Source: Verrucomicrobiota bacterium (GTDB lineage Bacteria > Verrucomicrobiota > Verrucomicrobiia > Chthoniobacterales > UBA6821). From it: a DNA stretch of 32,000 bases. The notes under the pieces are model-generated. The model had not been told where the DNA came from. It ran no database searches and saw nothing but the letters and a program-made list of their open reading frames with translations. The stretch spans positions 22,567 through 54,566 of the forward strand of contig WBXG01000002.1 of the NCBI GenBank assembly GCA_008932965.1, given 5' to 3'. Shown here in pieces: positions 30,009 through 32,000 of this stretch. The translations under genes and the position numbers were made by a program. Every line of letters begins with the position of its first letter. Position 1 is the first letter of the stretch.

Positions 30009-30860
30009 TCATAGAAGTCGTTCTAAAAATTGATTTCGGTCAAATGGTGCTAAATCGGTGATCCCTTCACCTGTTCCTAAAAAATAGGGAGTAATTCCAA
30101 TTTCTCGTGCAATGGCGACAGCAACGCCTCCCTTACCTGAACCATCTATTTTTGTGATGATGAGTCCTGTGAGAGTGACGGCAGAATGAAACTCTTTTGC
30201 TTGTGATACCGCATTAGTTCCAGTCGTAGTATCAACGACGAGGAGTGTATGATGAGGTGCGCTGGGATCGAGCTTGGTGACGGTTCTTTTTATTTTAGCT
30301 AATTCTTCCATCAAATTCGATTTTGTATGAAGGCGTCCAGCTGTATCACAAATAAGAAAATCACTTCGTAATCGTAGTGCTTTAGCAAGTGCATCATGAC
30401 ACAGGGCTGCAGCATCGGCTCCATAATGGCTTTTGACGACTTCAATGCCAAGACGCTCTCCCCATGTGGAGAGCTGCTCAATAGCTGCAGCACGAAAGGT
30501 ATCGGCAGCAGCGAGCAAAACAGAGTATCCCTGATTTTTTAAATAGTAAGCAAGTTTTGCTGCGCTAGTTGTTTTGCCAGTACCATTGACACCTACTAAA
30601 AAAATAACAATCGGTCCCTTATTACTAAGGGTGAGTGAAGGTGTTTTTTCTGGAAGAAAATTTCCAATTTCCTGACGTGTGGCCTCAGTAATGGTGAGGG
30701 GATCGAGTGCATGTTTTTTTTCTCGAAGCAATGTCATGATCGATGCCACGGTACCACTGCCTAGGTCTGCTTGATAAAGTGTTGCTTCGAGTGCGTCCCA
30801 ATCCAGCGGTTCTCCAGTTCCAATCCCAAGACGCCCTAGAAGTGATGTGAGAAAGCCCAT
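30009..30860 (-). CDS. ftsY: Signal recognition particle receptor FtsY (NG domain only, no acidic A domain)
   Basis: VIFLVGVNGTGKTTSAAKLA, LLAAADTFRAAAIEQL, LICDTAGRLH and GLIITKIDGSGKGG. Confidence 0.95.
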   Translation of the reverse strand: MGFLTSLLGRLGIGTGEPLDWDALEATLYQADLGSGTVASIMTLLREKKHALDPLTITEATRQEIGNFLPEKTPSLTLSNKGPIVIFLVGVNGTGKTTSAAKLAYYLKNQGYSVLLAAADTFRAAAIEQLSTWGERLGIEVVKSHYGADAAALCHDALAKALRLRSDFLICDTAGRLHTKSNLMEELAKIKRTVTKLDPSAPHHTLLVVDTTTGTNAVSQAKEFHSAVTLTGLIITKIDGSGKGGVAVAIAREIGITPYFLGTGEGITDLAPFDRNQFLERLL

Positions 30861-30900
30861 AAACGCTGAATTTTCCTAAGTTGAATTAAAAATATAAAAA

Positions 30901-31302
30901 TCAAGAGGCTTTCCTGATTTGATCGAGGACTCCATTGACAAAGCCTCCTGATTCCTCAGTCCCATATTTTTTAGCAATATTAATAGCTTCATTGATAATG
31001 ACGGCACGAGGTGTTTGTGGTGAAAAAAGCATTTCATAAATAGCCAAGCGAAGCACATTACGATCAACGGCAGCGAGGCGTCCAAGCTCGTAGTTATGAA
31101 TATTTTTTTTAAGCAGAGCATCTATTGTGGAAACCTCATGGAGTGTCCCTTCTGCTAGTTGTTGACAAAATCGACGGGCAGCAGGACTCAATCCTCGGAA
31201 AATATAAAAATCATTTAAGTCACTGCTGCTTGCAGCACCACCATGGTCTCGTTGATAAAGAAATTGTACAGCGGCTTCACGCCCTTCATGACGAACACCC
31301 AT
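30901..31302 (-). CDS. nusB: Transcription antitermination factor NusB
   Basis: REAAVQFLYQ...VDRNVLRLAIYEML...PRAVIINEAINIAKKYGTEESGGFVNGVLD. Confidence 0.92.
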   Translation of the reverse strand: MGVRHEGREAAVQFLYQRDHGGAASSSDLNDFYIFRGLSPAARRFCQQLAEGTLHEVSTIDALLKKNIHNYELGRLAAVDRNVLRLAIYEMLFSPQTPRAVIINEAINIAKKYGTEESGGFVNGVLDQIRKAS

Positions 31303-31305
31303 AGG

Positions 31306-31782
31306 TTATAAATTAGGAAGGTGCTCCATGATATCGAGCATCGAAAGAGCTGCTCTGGCTGCTTCTGCGCCTCGATTGAGTCCTCCGAGGCACCGTTCGG
31401 TTGCCTGAACTGCATTCTCGAGCAATAAAACTTCATGAATAATTGGTATCGAATGATGAAGGGAAAGGTTTAGGAGCTGGTGAGTGATGCTATTGGCAAC
31501 GAGGTCAGCATGAAGTGTCTTTCCTTGAATGAGGACTCCAAGGGCAAGGATCGCATCAGGCCTGTGTCGTTCAGCGATGATCTTAACACCAAGTGGTATT
31601 TCAAAAGCTCCGGGCACACGGATAATGTTGAGTGCTGTTTTTGGGGCTCTCTGGAGAATTTCTTTTTGAGCCGCCTCTATCAATGCATTTACAAAAGGAG
31701 CATTATAGTTACTAGCGACGATGGCAATACGATAAGGGTATTGGGAAATAGTGTTAGAAGCTTGAGGGGGATGGATCGACAT
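31306..31782 (-). CDS. ribH: 6,7-dimethyl-8-ribityllumazine synthase
   Basis: RIAIVASNYNAPFVNALIEAA...IRVPGAFEIPLG...DAILALGVLIQGKTLHADLVANS. It has the canonical ribH-nusB adjacency. Confidence 0.93.
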   Translation of the reverse strand: MSIHPPQASNTISQYPYRIAIVASNYNAPFVNALIEAAQKEILQRAPKTALNIIRVPGAFEIPLGVKIIAERHRPDAILALGVLIQGKTLHADLVANSITHQLLNLSLHHSIPIIHEVLLLENAVQATERCLGGLNRGAEAARAALSMLDIMEHLPNL

Positions 31783-31811
31783 GAGGCTGATGAGGGTTTT
31801 TGGAATAGGGA

Positions 31812-32000
31812 TTAGAGACTACTAAGCGATTGAAGCCAGATTAAAAAGGCCTCGCGAGTCATTTCACTCTCTTCACGTGTGCTGAGTTGTTTGACTTTAA
31901 GTTGAGGCCATTCCGCTCCAATGACAATAGCTAGTGCTGCTTGAGCTGTTTCAGCAGCACTAAATTGCTTTCCAACACGCTCTGGAGAAAGAGGAAAAAT
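31812..32000 (-). CDS. C-terminal 62 codons of an unidentified protein (gene continues beyond the window end)
   Basis: My own translation of the minus strand from 32000 reads IFPLSPERVGKQFSAAETAQAALAIVIGAEWPQLKVKQLSTREESEMTREAFLIWLQSLSSL, ending at a stop (complement of 31812-31814). The other two minus frames carry early stops. I recognised no family. Confidence 0.45.
   Translation of the reverse strand: MFPLSPERVGKQFSAAETAQAALAIVIGAEWPQLKVKQLSTREESEMTREAFLIWLQSLSSL

Overview
This is a low-GC (about 40 percent by eye) bacterial chromosome segment.

**Positions 1-14500.** This part carries housekeeping genes in small units: a partial AAA+ ATPase, an hldC-like gene, a secreted clan GH-A glycosidase, a TPR protein, gyrB, the minus-strand run cdsA-dxr-secG-panC-nadB, recA and nfo. 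Almost every intergenic spacer here holds copies of one modular repeat family. The family is bounded by the 21-nt motif CAGTATGAAATATGCGGGCTA or its complement TAGCCCGCATATTTCATACTG. I count 7 elements and 16 motif copies, and recognised none by eye after 13522.

**Positions 14695-29984.** This is a fused str-S10-spc ribosomal protein cluster on the + strand (rpsL to map, 24 genes). It lacks tuf, rpsN, rpmD and adk. Convergent ftsY-nusB-ribH and a partial gene follow it.

**Other notable points.**
- The gyrB reading frame is broken by a +1 shift in an A-run region (4117-4147).
- A 23-bp tandem array (558-643) abuts the ATPase start.
- One repeat copy supplies the last ~16 codons of the panC ORF.
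- Another repeat copy supplies a sigma70-like promoter about 37 nt upstream of recA.
- Three 155-159-nt spacers interrupt the otherwise tightly packed ribosomal cluster.

I recognised no rRNA, tRNA, CRISPR array or transposase gene. The gene order resembles PVC-group bacteria, but that is only a weak inference.
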